Assembly: GCA_963695855.1 (NCBI GenBank)
Contig: CAVOHZ010000008.1
Coordinates: 64,001 to 128,000 of the forward strand
From: an uncultured Nitrososphaerales archaeon
Lineage (GTDB): Archaea > Thermoproteota > Nitrososphaeria > Nitrososphaerales > Nitrososphaeraceae
Direction of reading: 5' to 3'
DNA length: 64,000 nt
This document shows, piece after piece, positions 44,747 through 55,479 of the stretch; the stretch's first letter is position 1; each line of letters begins with the position of its first letter. A program made the translations under genes and the position numbers. The notes beneath the pieces are model-generated. The model was not told the origin of the DNA. It made no database searches and saw nothing but the letters and a program-made list of their open reading frames with translations.

Positions 44747-44802
44747 ATTGCTTGAACTTCCCCCACTCCCCCTATAGCGCACCATAACTTTTTTATGTAA
44801 AT

Positions 44803-45303
44803 ATGGGTAAGGATATATATTTGAGATCAAATAGTGACCATGACTACTCTCATATAAAAAATAGTACCCCCTCTGATATACTCCAAAACTCTAATTTGTC
44901 TGAGGAAAAGCAAATTTTTTCTTCTGATGCTCAAATTATGGAGTATGTAAAATCTAAAGGGATCCAAGCTAGAACTGGCGTAGAGGAAAAAAATTTTGGA
45001 ATATTTATTCTAAAGGAATTAATTGACAATGCATCAGATTTTATTGAAGATCACGTATCAACATTTTTAGAAAAAGATGAAAAGCAGACAATAGAGATAA
45101 TAATAGATCAAATAGACTCAATAACAAAAATTAGAGTTATTAATTCGAATGCAGAAATAGATGTTTTTTCTGAAGATCTCGTTAGGAAAATATTTAATTT
45201 TAACAAATTTTATAGTAGTAAACGAAATAGATATCAAATTAGTAGAGGGGCTCTCGGCGATGCATTAAAAGAAGTTTTATGTGTACCTTATGCATTTAGA
45301 TAA
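44803..45303 (+). pseudogene. GHKL (topoisomerase VI-B-like) ATPase N-terminal fragment
   Basis: LKELIDNA.D (N box), F.SSK......SRG.LG.ALK (G boxes); terminates early. Confidence 0.7.
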
Positions 45304-46421
45304 GAAAGGTAATGACAATGAAGAGCTAATAGTAGAAACGGATAAAATACAAAACCTAAATAGAAACAATGCCTTATTTATAGTAGATTTCAATGGTAAA
45401 ATGCAAGGAAAAGATCCTATAACAGGTAAAATAAAGACACTTAAGGATATTAATGCAATTGCATTATTCAATAAATCTCAACAGACAATAGATTTTAACT
45501 CAGGTAACAGTCTCGCTATATCTGCTGTACTAAAATCCTAATCAAAATCATTGTTGATTCCAACAGCAGAAGCAGCAGAAGCAATAATAAGAAAAAGAAG
45601 TAAATTTTGTAAAGTTTAATTGATGAGATATATATTTATTTGTGTCTGTTGTATTTAGTTAGATAGGTAAGCATGACCTAAACAAAAAACAGATACAAAT
45701 ATATATTACAAATGTGATTTCTCACAAATTACTTTTTCTTATTGCTGCCAGAAAAAAAGAGAATAATAAGTAGAAATAATAACTGTTTAGGTAATGCTTA
45801 CATATACTTCTTCTACTAGCCGCTAAAAGCACACGATGTTCTCAAAGAACGTCTAGTTTTCTAAGGGATATATTCGTGAAGTGCTCCCAATCGAAGCAAA
45901 ACAAATGGCGCATGCTGTTAGACAAAAAAAGAAATTTGAAGAATCAGTTCCTCAAACCCCTAGCGCATTAGAAGAATTTCGACAAAAGAAAGGTAAAACT
46001 AGTCGAACCTGGCGAAGAGGATTCTACTTTTGCAATGGCACCAGAAACAATTGGATTAGTCTACAATGTAGAAGAAATTACAGCAGAACCTCATCGAATC
46101 TATGAAAATCTTAATTGAATAATAAAACAATATAAAGAACAATTTAGGAACGTGTTAATATGAATTTTTTTAATTTTTTAGTCTTTAGTATTTTAATTAG
46201 TAAATGATTTTCTGTTAGATATATTCATACCGATAATTGGACAGAACTAAAATTTCGTATTTGGATTATAGTCTTTGTCGATAGTATATTCATAGTTTTT
46301 ATTTATGAATTTCTGTACATAAATCTTATATATATTGTATAAGCATAACTGTTATGGTTATCCAGTTTGCGAAATCAAGAAAATATGATAAACTTCTAAA
46401 TATTACGATCGTGAGCCACAT

Positions 46422-47435
46422 ATGGCAGTAGCAAATGTAGCAGCAGTAGTAGCAGTAATAAAAGCTATTTATGACCTTAGCAAGGAAATGAGTAAGGATA
46501 CGATAGATGTATTGACAAGTCTTAATTCTAGTCGTTCCGTTGTTTTGATCGTTGCCAATGCTACAGGTTTACCTTTAAGATTAGTCAATACTCATCATGA
46601 CCACGGCAATTTTGCAACAAGTCCTGAAGCCACTATTGAGCCTGGTAAGCCTGGTGTATTTGGTTCTGTCAATAAGGCGAATAGCATTGGCACTGGGACT
46701 GAAGGGAACGCGACTTTTGGTAACGCAAACGGCCTAAATTTTAGAATTTCATGGGATAATCCTTTTATCGGTGGTAATGAGTCTAGCGCAGTTACGTCTG
46801 GAAACGACGGACTTTATAGGGCAATCGCTACAACGGGCGCTGGAGATCAGAAGGCTGAAATGCGCTATACATTACTACAGTATCCCCATCCTATTATAGG
46901 CGCAATAAGAGGGAAATATAGTCAGATAGGATGGGAATCATCTCTATTAGGATTTCCTACTACAGCGGAAAAACCTACGTCCGATAATGTAGGCAGATTT
47001 CAAGCATTTGAAGGAGGCACGATCTATCATCATCCAGATGCTAAGATTGGTGCTCATGTTGTTTGGGGTTTAATAGGTCAGAGATGGCAGGCGTTAGGTG
47101 CAGAAAAATTTGGTTATCCTATTACTGATGAAACAGCTACATCAGACGGAGTCGGTAGATTTAATCATTTTAGAGCGTTTAAAGATGGTAAGACACCTGA
47201 AAGTTCAATTTATTGGGATCCAGAAACAGGCGCTTGGGAAATATTTGGAGCAATAAGAGATAAATGGATTTCAATGGGGTCGGAAAAAGGTATAGGATTT
47301 CCGCTCGATCATGAAATGAAAGTAATACCTGCTCATCCACCACCAGGAACTCAACCTATTCCCCGCAAAATACAAAAATTCCAAAGAGGAAGTTTAATTT
47401 GGAACAGTCAAACTGGTCAAGTATCACAAGAATGA
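46422..47435 (+). CDS. Aegerolysin/Cry34-like domain fused to LGFP repeats
   Basis: RSV...V.N.T...L.......HG.F...P...I, GTEG, WDNPFIGGN; then GAIRGKY..IGWE.S.LGFPT..E, FGYPITDE, GAIRDKW...G.E...GFP..E; visibly more GC-rich than flanks. Confidence 0.8.
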   Translation: MAVANVAAVVAVIKAIYDLSKEMSKDTIDVLTSLNSSRSVVLIVANATGLPLRLVNTHHDHGNFATSPEATIEPGKPGVFGSVNKANSIGTGTEGNATFGNANGLNFRISWDNPFIGGNESSAVTSGNDGLYRAIATTGAGDQKAEMRYTLLQYPHPIIGAIRGKYSQIGWESSLLGFPTTAEKPTSDNVGRFQAFEGGTIYHHPDAKIGAHVVWGLIGQRWQALGAEKFGYPITDETATSDGVGRFNHFRAFKDGKTPESSIYWDPETGAWEIFGAIRDKWISMGSEKGIGFPLDHEMKVIPAHPPPGTQPIPRKIQKFQRGSLIWNSQTGQVSQE

Positions 47436-47598
47436 AATCGGGCTAACCCGATGCGGTCGAATCATAGTGAAGTCTTCGAGTTGACTCGCTGTCCAGTTCC
47501 TATTGCACAACATATGAATAAATTTCTCTTTACCTACTCATTCTCCTCAGGATACTTTTCTAATCTTCAATAAATCCGTCCACTTATTCCATTTAATT

Positions 47599-47618
47599 GT
47601 CTGTCTGTCTGTCTGTCT
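47599..47618. repeat. (GTCT)5 microsatellite
   Basis: gtctgtctgtctgtctgtct. Confidence 0.7.
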
Positions 47619-48371
47619 TATTATGTGCTTCTATCTTGCTTTGTTTTTCTTATAAAAATGATATATATTTTTAGGGGTTATTTTTTCATTGGCTTTTGTT
47701 CCTAGACCCATCTATAATTTTACTTTTTTGTCACTAAAGATAAACCTACAGTCAATTTTTTTCTCCAGTAAACTCCTGGTTTATTATTATTAAAAGAAGA
47801 GAATATTAAAAGCAGATTCAAAAAGATAGAACTGTATTCGACGTTTTTAAATTCACACTAGTTAAAAAAACAAGCGCAGATTAAGAAACAAAGATAGAAT
47901 TACAGGATAAACCAAAGTAAGAGAAAATTTTTTCTCTTCTGAAAATTTTATTGCTAAATAACTAATATAATAAATCTAATAATTTTTTTCGGCGCCGAAA
48001 AATATTATAGATAATAATGTCCCTTTTTTATTCATTGAATATGCTACAGGAAATTCTTTTTAGTGAGCCGTTTTTTACTAATATTCATGAGATAGGTCAA
48101 AAAAATTGATGGGCCGAGGAGATATGGGCCTCTTTATGTGACAGAGTTTTTTGCCCTCGGAAAATCTAGATTTCTTTTATACTAATTCACAAGGGGAGGT
48201 ATTGCATTTTATAAGGTTACCTTTATAGTTCAAGTTACTATCTTTTTTGTTTTATAAATAAATAGTAAAATAATTATGAAAATCTAAGTTAGTCAGATAA
48301 TCAGTTTAAGTATATAACAACAATAACAACAATTTATTTTAATAGCAGTATTCATATAATAGTTTTTAATA

Positions 48372-49223
48372 ATGCATCGTTCTTTAGATTCTAGAGAATT
48401 TAAGTTAATATTAAAGCCAGAAATATTTCGAAACTTAAATGAAGGTGTTAAAAAGATCCAAAAAATAATTGACTCAAAAGTTGATAACTTAAATGGCAAA
48501 TTTAAACCTGATATTGATATAAAACCAAAATATAGAAGAACATATTACTTGGATACAGTCAATTACAAATTAAGATCCAAAAATTTCTTTTTGAGAGTAA
48601 GAGAAGATAAAGAATCAAAAAAATATACTATTACATTAAAATGCAGACATCCTGACAGGTACATATCAGCAGCATATGATCTTTCAGGTCCGAATCATAA
48701 AATTAAATTCGAAGAAGATATAATTGCTCCACATGTAAGTAAATTTTCTATTTCAGCTGAGTTTAATGATGATGAAGAACCAGAAATCAACAATCTGGAA
48801 GACCTGATAAAAATCTTTCCAGGATTACGTAAATATGATCTTGGTGAAGGAAGACTGGAGAAGGTAAATAAATTTGAGGCTAAAGAAATTTCAGTTGAGC
48901 TTGGAAAGATTTCATATAGCGATAAGAATGGGGAAGGTTATGATAATGAAATTAAAACATTTCTAAATTTCTGGTATTTACCAAAACCAAAGAAGGAAAA
49001 GATGCCATTAATTGTGGAATTTACTTATGATTATTCTGCAATAAATAAAAAGGAGGAAGAAGAAAAAAATAAAAGCAATAAAGTGAAAATATCAATTGAG
49101 GAATTTCCTTTATTTGTTGTAAGAAATACATACGAATTGTACAGTTCATTACAGGACACAAAAGTAGTAGATCTGAAATCTTCAAAAACAAAAACAGAAT
49201 TTGCATATCAATACAAATTATAG
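48372..49223 (+). CDS. CYTH/triphosphate tunnel metalloenzyme-like protein
   Basis: N-terminal SREFK (ExExK-like), YYLDT...L....F.LRVR.....ITLK, KFEEDI. Confidence 0.7.
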   Translation: MHRSLDSREFKLILKPEIFRNLNEGVKKIQKIIDSKVDNLNGKFKPDIDIKPKYRRTYYLDTVNYKLRSKNFFLRVREDKESKKYTITLKCRHPDRYISAAYDLSGPNHKIKFEEDIIAPHVSKFSISAEFNDDEEPEINNLEDLIKIFPGLRKYDLGEGRLEKVNKFEAKEISVELGKISYSDKNGEGYDNEIKTFLNFWYLPKPKKEKMPLIVEFTYDYSAINKKEEEEKNKSNKVKISIEEFPLFVVRNTYELYSSLQDTKVVDLKSSKTKTEFAYQYKL

Positions 49224-49405
49224 ACGATTTTCGTCTCTGTTACTCTAAGAAAAGTTTATCTCCCTCTTTCAATCCATTAATAAAATAATTTTTTGAAATG
49301 AAAATTTTTGAAATGGCTTCATATGTCATTATTAGTTGATTTTCTGTTCAATGAGTGTCACTTCACTAATATTTCTCTGATACATCTTTAGTTTGCAGGA
49401 AAATT

Positions 49406-49537
49406 ACTGATCTCACTTTATAGAAGGGTTCAATCCATAGAATTATCATGGGACCAAAATTCATGTCAAATTTGTTTCACATCCCACCGGCTCCATATAG
49501 TATAAGGGGACAGTTAAAATATAAGAATATTATGTAA
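49406..49537 (+). repeat. att junction 7 (composite, arm B)
   Basis: actgatctcactttatagaagggttcaatccatagaattatcatgggaccaaaattcatgtcaaatttgtttcacatcccaccggctcca-tatagtataaggggacagtt. Confidence 0.9.
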
Positions 49538-49860
49538 GAGAATAAAACAAGATACGTATTACGGCCCTGTTAACTTAAGGATAAAGTAATGTGTATATTC
49601 TACTTTTATATTATGTTCTATGCTCAATTTCAAAAGAATTTTTCAATTTATTTCATAAATTTTCCTTAACTTAACATCTATGAAAATCTCTATCTGTATC
49701 AGGTCATCCTTATGTTCCTGTTAAGCGTAATATTCTATTATAATTCATCATATTAAAAATTATCTAAAATAGCATATGCTATACTTGTTACTTTCCCTTG
49801 ATTTTGCTTTTTTTCATTCTTTTTTTATTTTATTTTCTTTTTTTTATGTCGGCTAACAGG

Positions 49861-50011
49861 CGGCAAACATCTATTCACCTTCTTTATGAGGTAGTAGTAT
49901 AGCCGCTCGGATATTGGTTCAGTCAGAGCCTCACTCTCGTACGGAGTATGTTAACTTTGAACCTAGCCTGAATACAGAAGGGATTGGTACCCAATAAAGA
50001 TTTTCATATAG
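49861..50011 (-). mobile_element. Probable IS110-family left end with bridge-RNA-like non-coding region; transposase truncated after ATG
   Basis: Flank GGCTCTGA-CT then ATATGAAAATC; the same GGCTCTGACT recurs inside; ends GGTGA (SD-like) + ATGTTTGCC. Confidence 0.5.
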
Positions 50012-50398
50012 TCAGAGCCATTTTTAGCATAGGAGAATAGTCTATCTTTGTAAACAGACCTTCTATTCCATTATTATCATTGAATTTATGAATCCACTTC
50101 CTAATTGTTTTGTCGTAAGTGTTGGTCATCTCTCTTATCTCTGGTACTGTGTACCCGTCATTAGCAAGTATAATTTTTATTCTATATTTTATTTCTGGAT
50201 TTGTATCCCATGCAAAAGAGTATACAGTTTGTTTATCTCTTTATCTGTAATTTCTCTGATGGGAGTTATCTTACCACACCACTGAGTAAAATACACTCAG
50301 CTAAAGTACTACCTATCAGAAATAATTTGTCAAAAAGGTAAATGGTAGTTTACTATAATTGTCAATCTATGCATTTACATAACTCTTAACTTAACGTA
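50012..50398 (-). mobile_element. IS630-family transposase N-terminal remnant and left end (partial second copy of the end at 28006-28066)
   Basis: YRIKIILANDGYTVPEI.......KTIRKWIHKFN...GIEGL HTH; ctacctatcagaaataat...gtcaatcta.gcatttacataact shared with 28013-28054. Confidence 0.7.
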
Positions 50399-50408
50399 GC
50401 CATTAAGA

Positions 50409-51491
50409 CTATTTGGTTAATTCAAAGTGATCTATTATTTTATCATTATCATTTGAGTGAAATTCTCCTACTATTTTTGTACCATTATTTTCCAATTCTA
50501 AATTAAGAAATCCAAAATCGTCTTCGTCCTGTATTACATAATAATCTTCTCTATCCACAATCTCTTTTAGTTTATCTCCTGCAGTACCGACAGTTAGAAA
50601 TATGATACCATTCGGATTATGATAATAGTTAGGGTTAGGATAATCTTGAGATATAGAATTATTTTCTAGAGTTCTAGTATAGATATATTCTAGGTCAGTT
50701 TCCTCATCATATATTGTTACAATTTTAACTTTATTTGGTTTATAAGTTACATAGTCATTAGTTAGTGGATATGTCCTTTCATAATATTGGTTATGACTTG
50801 AAATTACCAAATCTACATTATATTTTTCAAAGAGAGGATGATAGGTATCTCTAAGTTCTTGTGCAATATCCAGATCATTTCTAGTAGAATATAATGGTTT
50901 ATGACTATGAACTATTATCCAATCAATAGTTTGGTTCTTGGATGTTTTTTCTAGATCATTTTTGATAAATTCGTATTGCTTACTTCCTTCTTCAAAAGGA
51001 TGTTCGGTAGACAAACTTATGAAATGAATATTTCGAAAGTCATGTGAATAATATGGATTTGTTAAATTATGGTATTTAACAAGTTGTGTATATATTTTTT
51101 TAAATTCAACATCATGGTTTCCTATAGCAATTTCCATCTTGTTCTTTATAGGCTCTGACATTTCAGCCCAGCATTTGATAGATTGTACATCTTTCACATG
51201 ATCTCCAGTAGTAATTATCAGTTCAGGATTAATAGAAATTATATTTTCAATAGTATTTTGTGTTTCATCATTACAGTAAAAATCGCCAACAGCAACTATA
51301 TTGATATCATTGTTTTGATCATCGTTTATTGTTAATTGAGAAAAATCGGATTGTTGGCCATACACTATTACATTATTCATATAAAAAGAAAAAAATAATA
51401 ATAAAAAAGATATTACTGCAATTTTTATATTATTATTAAAGATTCTAATTTGAGAATAAAAAAAACTATTATTATTACCATTGTGTGGCAT
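50409..51491 (-). CDS. Exported metallophosphoesterase (purple acid phosphatase-like)
   Basis: AVGD, TTGD, IGNHD, HKPLY, SHNQYYERT. Confidence 0.88.
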   Translation of the reverse strand: MPHNGNNNSFFYSQIRIFNNNIKIAVISFLLLFFSFYMNNVIVYGQQSDFSQLTINDDQNNDINIVAVGDFYCNDETQNTIENIISINPELIITTGDHVKDVQSIKCWAEMSEPIKNKMEIAIGNHDVEFKKIYTQLVKYHNLTNPYYSHDFRNIHFISLSTEHPFEEGSKQYEFIKNDLEKTSKNQTIDWIIVHSHKPLYSTRNDLDIAQELRDTYHPLFEKYNVDLVISSHNQYYERTYPLTNDYVTYKPNKVKIVTIYDEETDLEYIYTRTLENNSISQDYPNPNYYHNPNGIIFLTVGTAGDKLKEIVDREDYYVIQDEDDFGFLNLELENNGTKIVGEFHSNDNDKIIDHFELTK

Positions 51492-52120
51492 ATCAATTAA
51501 TGATTTTATCCTTAGTCTTCGAATTTAATAGTTTTATGACATCATTCTGTAATGAGATAATATTAAATAATTCGATATTGTTAAATGAAAAATATTTCTG
51601 GAATCAAAATATTATGGATAATCATGAAACTGGAATCTTTTGCAATATACCTGTAAATTGTACTTTTTTACACCCATCAACTTCCTTATTCATCTCTTAT
51701 ACATATTGTTGCTGCATTGATTATATACTGGCTAACTTAATTGCGTGTATTCTGTGATATTGGAAAATATCAATTTCAAGTGTAATAAACATTTTTTATC
51801 CAAAGAATTTGTAAATGAATTTTTGTTAGTCAGTATAGTAATGGGTTTTCTGTTACTCGATGGAGCATTATCTCTATTGACTAACACCTTGATAGGCACT
51901 TTTGCCATGTTTGGATAAGTATCCATTTATTATCTTATAAAGATCGTTCTCTAAATTCCTCAACTATTTGGAAAGATTCGATTTTGTATAATTAATGCCT
52001 TGGTTATTTTTATATTTGTATTTAGAAGAATCTAATCGTATGTATTATCGCATGTAGTAGTATTATTAGTCCTAGTAATTTCTATGTTTAATAATTTTAG
52101 AAATGTATGATGATTAAATT

Positions 52121-52253
52121 ACTGGTCCCACTTTATAGAAGGGTTCAAATCCATAGAACTATCATGGGGCCGAAATTCATGTCAAATTTGTTTCAAATCC
52201 CACTGGCCCCATATAGTATAAGGGGACTGTTGAAGTATAAGAATATTATGTAA
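52121..52253 (+). repeat. att junction 8 (composite, arm B; close copy of junction 7)
   Basis: actggtcccactttatagaagggttcaaatccatagaactatcatggggccgaaattcatgtcaaatttgtttcaaatcccactggcccca-tatagtataaggggactgtt. Confidence 0.92.
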
Positions 52254-52321
52254 AACAATAGATCAAGAAATGTATTCCTTTATTTTTATTTTACATTTAA
52301 ATAGACATACTTGTATGGTAG

Positions 52322-52340
52322 TCGAGTCCCACTCCCGGCG
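52322..52340 (+). repeat. 3' fragment of a different tRNA (tRNA-Ser-like), probable foreign attR
   Basis: TCGAGT-CCCAC-TCCCGGC-G = T loop, T stem, acceptor 3' strand and G discriminator. Confidence 0.5.
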
Positions 52341-52912
52341 CTCAACTCGTGGGTTGTTTAAGAACACCATTTTATTGCCTAAAATCTGCAATGTTGAATA
52401 CAAGAAGAATAAGAGTTTTCGGTACCCGTATTTTTCATGTCTGATGCTTGTCCCCAGAGATATTATGGTGCAAGTGGCAGGTTATTTATCTAATGTAATA
52501 ACTAAAATATGTAAAACTACCGAAAGCAGGAAGGATCTTGAAAACAAGCAAGAATATATGACTACATATCAAGGAATGAATTCCCTAGAAAGTTAAAACC
52601 TATTAGCGGAAGATAAATAGATTAATAAGTTGACCAGATAATGTAGATATTATAAACATAGATATAAAAATTAAGATTGATAGAATGAGAAAAATAAGTT
52701 CAAGCACTGTAATAGTTCTGATATCAGACCTTAATTCTTTATACTCTTCTAATAAAGCTCGTGTTTTGATATTATCTTGACTATGAAATTCGTTCAACCA
52801 ACAGAATTAACATCTAGTATGTAAATATACATATCTTTGAACAATATTTTAAAATTTATCATACTATTAGTCATATGTATAAAATATTATATCCATTTAC
52901 AAGTAATTATAA

Positions 52913-54559
52913 TTGATAAATAAAAATAAATTTCTGTGGGGTGCATCAACTTCTTCTTATCAAGTAGAAGGAGCAATAACAAAAAATGATTGGCATATCT
53001 TTACAACCTCTGAAAAAATAAAGAAAAGAATATCAAATTTAACTAAACCCAATTTATTCTATAACGGAACTAATCAGGTTTTTTTACAACCAGCCGGTGA
53101 TGCGTGTCGAGTATGGGATCCGCTTTATTATAAAGAGGATTTTGATATAGCCAAAAAACTAGGAATGAATGCTATTAAATTAAGCATAGAATGGTCGAGA
53201 GTAGAACCTGAAAGAGATGAGTGGAATGAAAATGCAATTGATCATTACAAGACAATGTTAAAATATATAGTAGAAAAAGGCCTAAGACCTGTTGTAACAT
53301 TAAATCATATAACTTTGCCAATATGGATACTAACACCACCAACAGAATTTAAAAAGAGAATATTTCAATTCTTTTTGCCATCACCTTATTCAGATATTCC
53401 TTTATCAGAACCTCCTTCTTCTGATCCATATTGGAGATCTTTTAGGGGATGGGAAAATGATAAAACTATTGAAGAATTCACTAAATATGTATCAAGAATA
53501 GTTCAAGAATTCAAAAATTTAGTTGATTATTGGATAACACTATCTGAACCTATTTCTTTAATAGGTGGAGGTTATATATCTGGAATTTGGTCTCCAGGCT
53601 TTTTTCTAGATGGAAATCGAAGTAAAAAAGTATTACATAACCTTATAGAAGCACATATACAAGCCTATAATATAATAAAAGAATTTGATGATGTTGATGC
53701 AGATAATGATGGAAACACAAGTATTGTAGGATGTTCACATATGATGATTAATGTATGTCCTGCTACATCAAAAAAATCTTTAGGAATAACTATTAAAGAT
53801 AACGAGAATAATATTAATGCAGCCAAGAAATTCGACTATTTCGTTAATGATTATTTTCTAAATGCAATAATAAAAGGAGAAGAAGATGTAAACTACTTAA
53901 ATAGCTTAGAAATAGGAAACAAATATAGCAAAAATTTTTTAATTCATAAAAATTGGATTAATAAATTAGATTTTATAGGTTTAAACTATTATCGCAAAAT
54001 GGTTGTTTATGAGAATAAAATAGTTTCTTTATCTTCAGCAAAATTCGTAGGAGGAGCTGTTATAACTAATCTTCATACTCAACGTAAAAGAAGAATAGAT
54101 GATAATACTATTTTAAATGATTTAGGATGGGAAATTTATCCTATTGGACTTTACAATATGAGTAAAAAAATTAATAATAAATGCGCAAATATTCCAATTA
54201 TTATAACTGAAAATGGTATAGCAGATAAAAATGATAAAAATCGTGGTCCGTTTATTATAGCACATCTTGAACAAGTAAGAAGAGCAATTAATGATGGAAT
54301 AAATATTATTGGTTACCTACATTGGTCTTTATTAGATAACTATGAATGGCAGGAAGGTTACAGGGAAGAAGGCAAATTTGGTTTATTATATATTGACCAT
54401 GAAAATTCTGATTTTAAAAGATCGATAACAAAGGGAGCAAACATATACAGCTTTATTATAAAAAAATCTATAAATGCTAATGAAAAAATTAATAGTTCTG
54501 CAATAATAGAGGCTAAGAAAACTTTTGGAGTATTTACAGAAGAAGGGACATTAATGTAA
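52913..54559 (+). CDS. Glycoside hydrolase family 1 (beta-glycosidase)
   Basis: FLWGASTSSYQVEG, SIEWSRVEP, TLNHITLP, acid/base TLSEP, GLNYY, nucleophile ITENG, WSLLDNYEW..G...FGL. Confidence 0.93.
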   Translation: MINKNKFLWGASTSSYQVEGAITKNDWHIFTTSEKIKKRISNLTKPNLFYNGTNQVFLQPAGDACRVWDPLYYKEDFDIAKKLGMNAIKLSIEWSRVEPERDEWNENAIDHYKTMLKYIVEKGLRPVVTLNHITLPIWILTPPTEFKKRIFQFFLPSPYSDIPLSEPPSSDPYWRSFRGWENDKTIEEFTKYVSRIVQEFKNLVDYWITLSEPISLIGGGYISGIWSPGFFLDGNRSKKVLHNLIEAHIQAYNIIKEFDDVDADNDGNTSIVGCSHMMINVCPATSKKSLGITIKDNENNINAAKKFDYFVNDYFLNAIIKGEEDVNYLNSLEIGNKYSKNFLIHKNWINKLDFIGLNYYRKMVVYENKIVSLSSAKFVGGAVITNLHTQRKRRIDDNTILNDLGWEIYPIGLYNMSKKINNKCANIPIIITENGIADKNDKNRGPFIIAHLEQVRRAINDGINIIGYLHWSLLDNYEWQEGYREEGKFGLLYIDHENSDFKRSITKGANIYSFIIKKSINANEKINSSAIIEAKKTFGVFTEEGTLM

Positions 54560-55267
54560 CTTAAATGGATTAAAATTTAAAAAATAACAAATCACTTAGT
54601 AATGTAAATTTTTGGGAAAAATTAAGTTCAAAAACCGTTTAAATGTATTATTTTATAAAACTTTTTAAATTTCGTCTATTTTCTTTTGTAAGAATTTTAG
54701 GGTTACATAAAATGTTTATGAATTATGCATTAGGCCTCTAACATAATATAAGAAGTTATAACATTCGCAATTTTACTACAAATACGGAGTTTTGTTGTGT
54801 GGTCATTTTGCCTAGTCGTAAATTTATTTATTATTATGATAGATATAATATTAATGGATTTAGAAAAAATAAAGATATCTTGTCTAATGTATAGTAGTTG
54901 ATTGATTCAAAGATACTTTATAGCACTATAATTATCCTCTGTGGTTCACCTGATGCTGTTGGACTTGCATAAGCTATATTACATTCAAAAGATTGACTAA
55001 CCGTATCAACTCCTAATTGAATGAGACAACCATAAACTACAGAACCTGTTTTCACCAGATTATCCATGGCTATGGGAACATCTACCATTTTGAGGAGAAA
55101 ATGAATCTTCTTGACCTGGTTGAATAACAGCCTTAGATCAACTTTTTTCATTTGAATTTCTTTGTCGGTACTTATCAGATCAACTCTTATTTTTAACAGA
55201 AAGAATACAAGAAATAGAAAGAAAACAATCAAAATAATATGTAAATTTATCTATTAAAAGGGTTCTC

Positions 55268-55302
55268 TGGGATTTGAACCCTTCTATAAAGTGGGAACAG
55301 TA
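55268..55302 (-). repeat. Inverted att-like site (type-2 arm) just downstream of the E2 gene
   Basis: Reverse complement tactgttcccactttatagaagggttcaaatccca matches 52120-52152. Confidence 0.85.
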
Positions 55303-55479
55303 CTTTGTGATTTGAATATATATGCACTATATTCGATTAACATTATTAGACTGAAACCGAATTGGCAGTATAATGACCTATTTTCCAGAACCAATTCGTA
55401 ATCTCTCCTTAAAAGGTCTTTTATCGATAAATCTTATCATATCATATTTGGGTTTGATGTATGGCTAGAAGAGTTCAGG

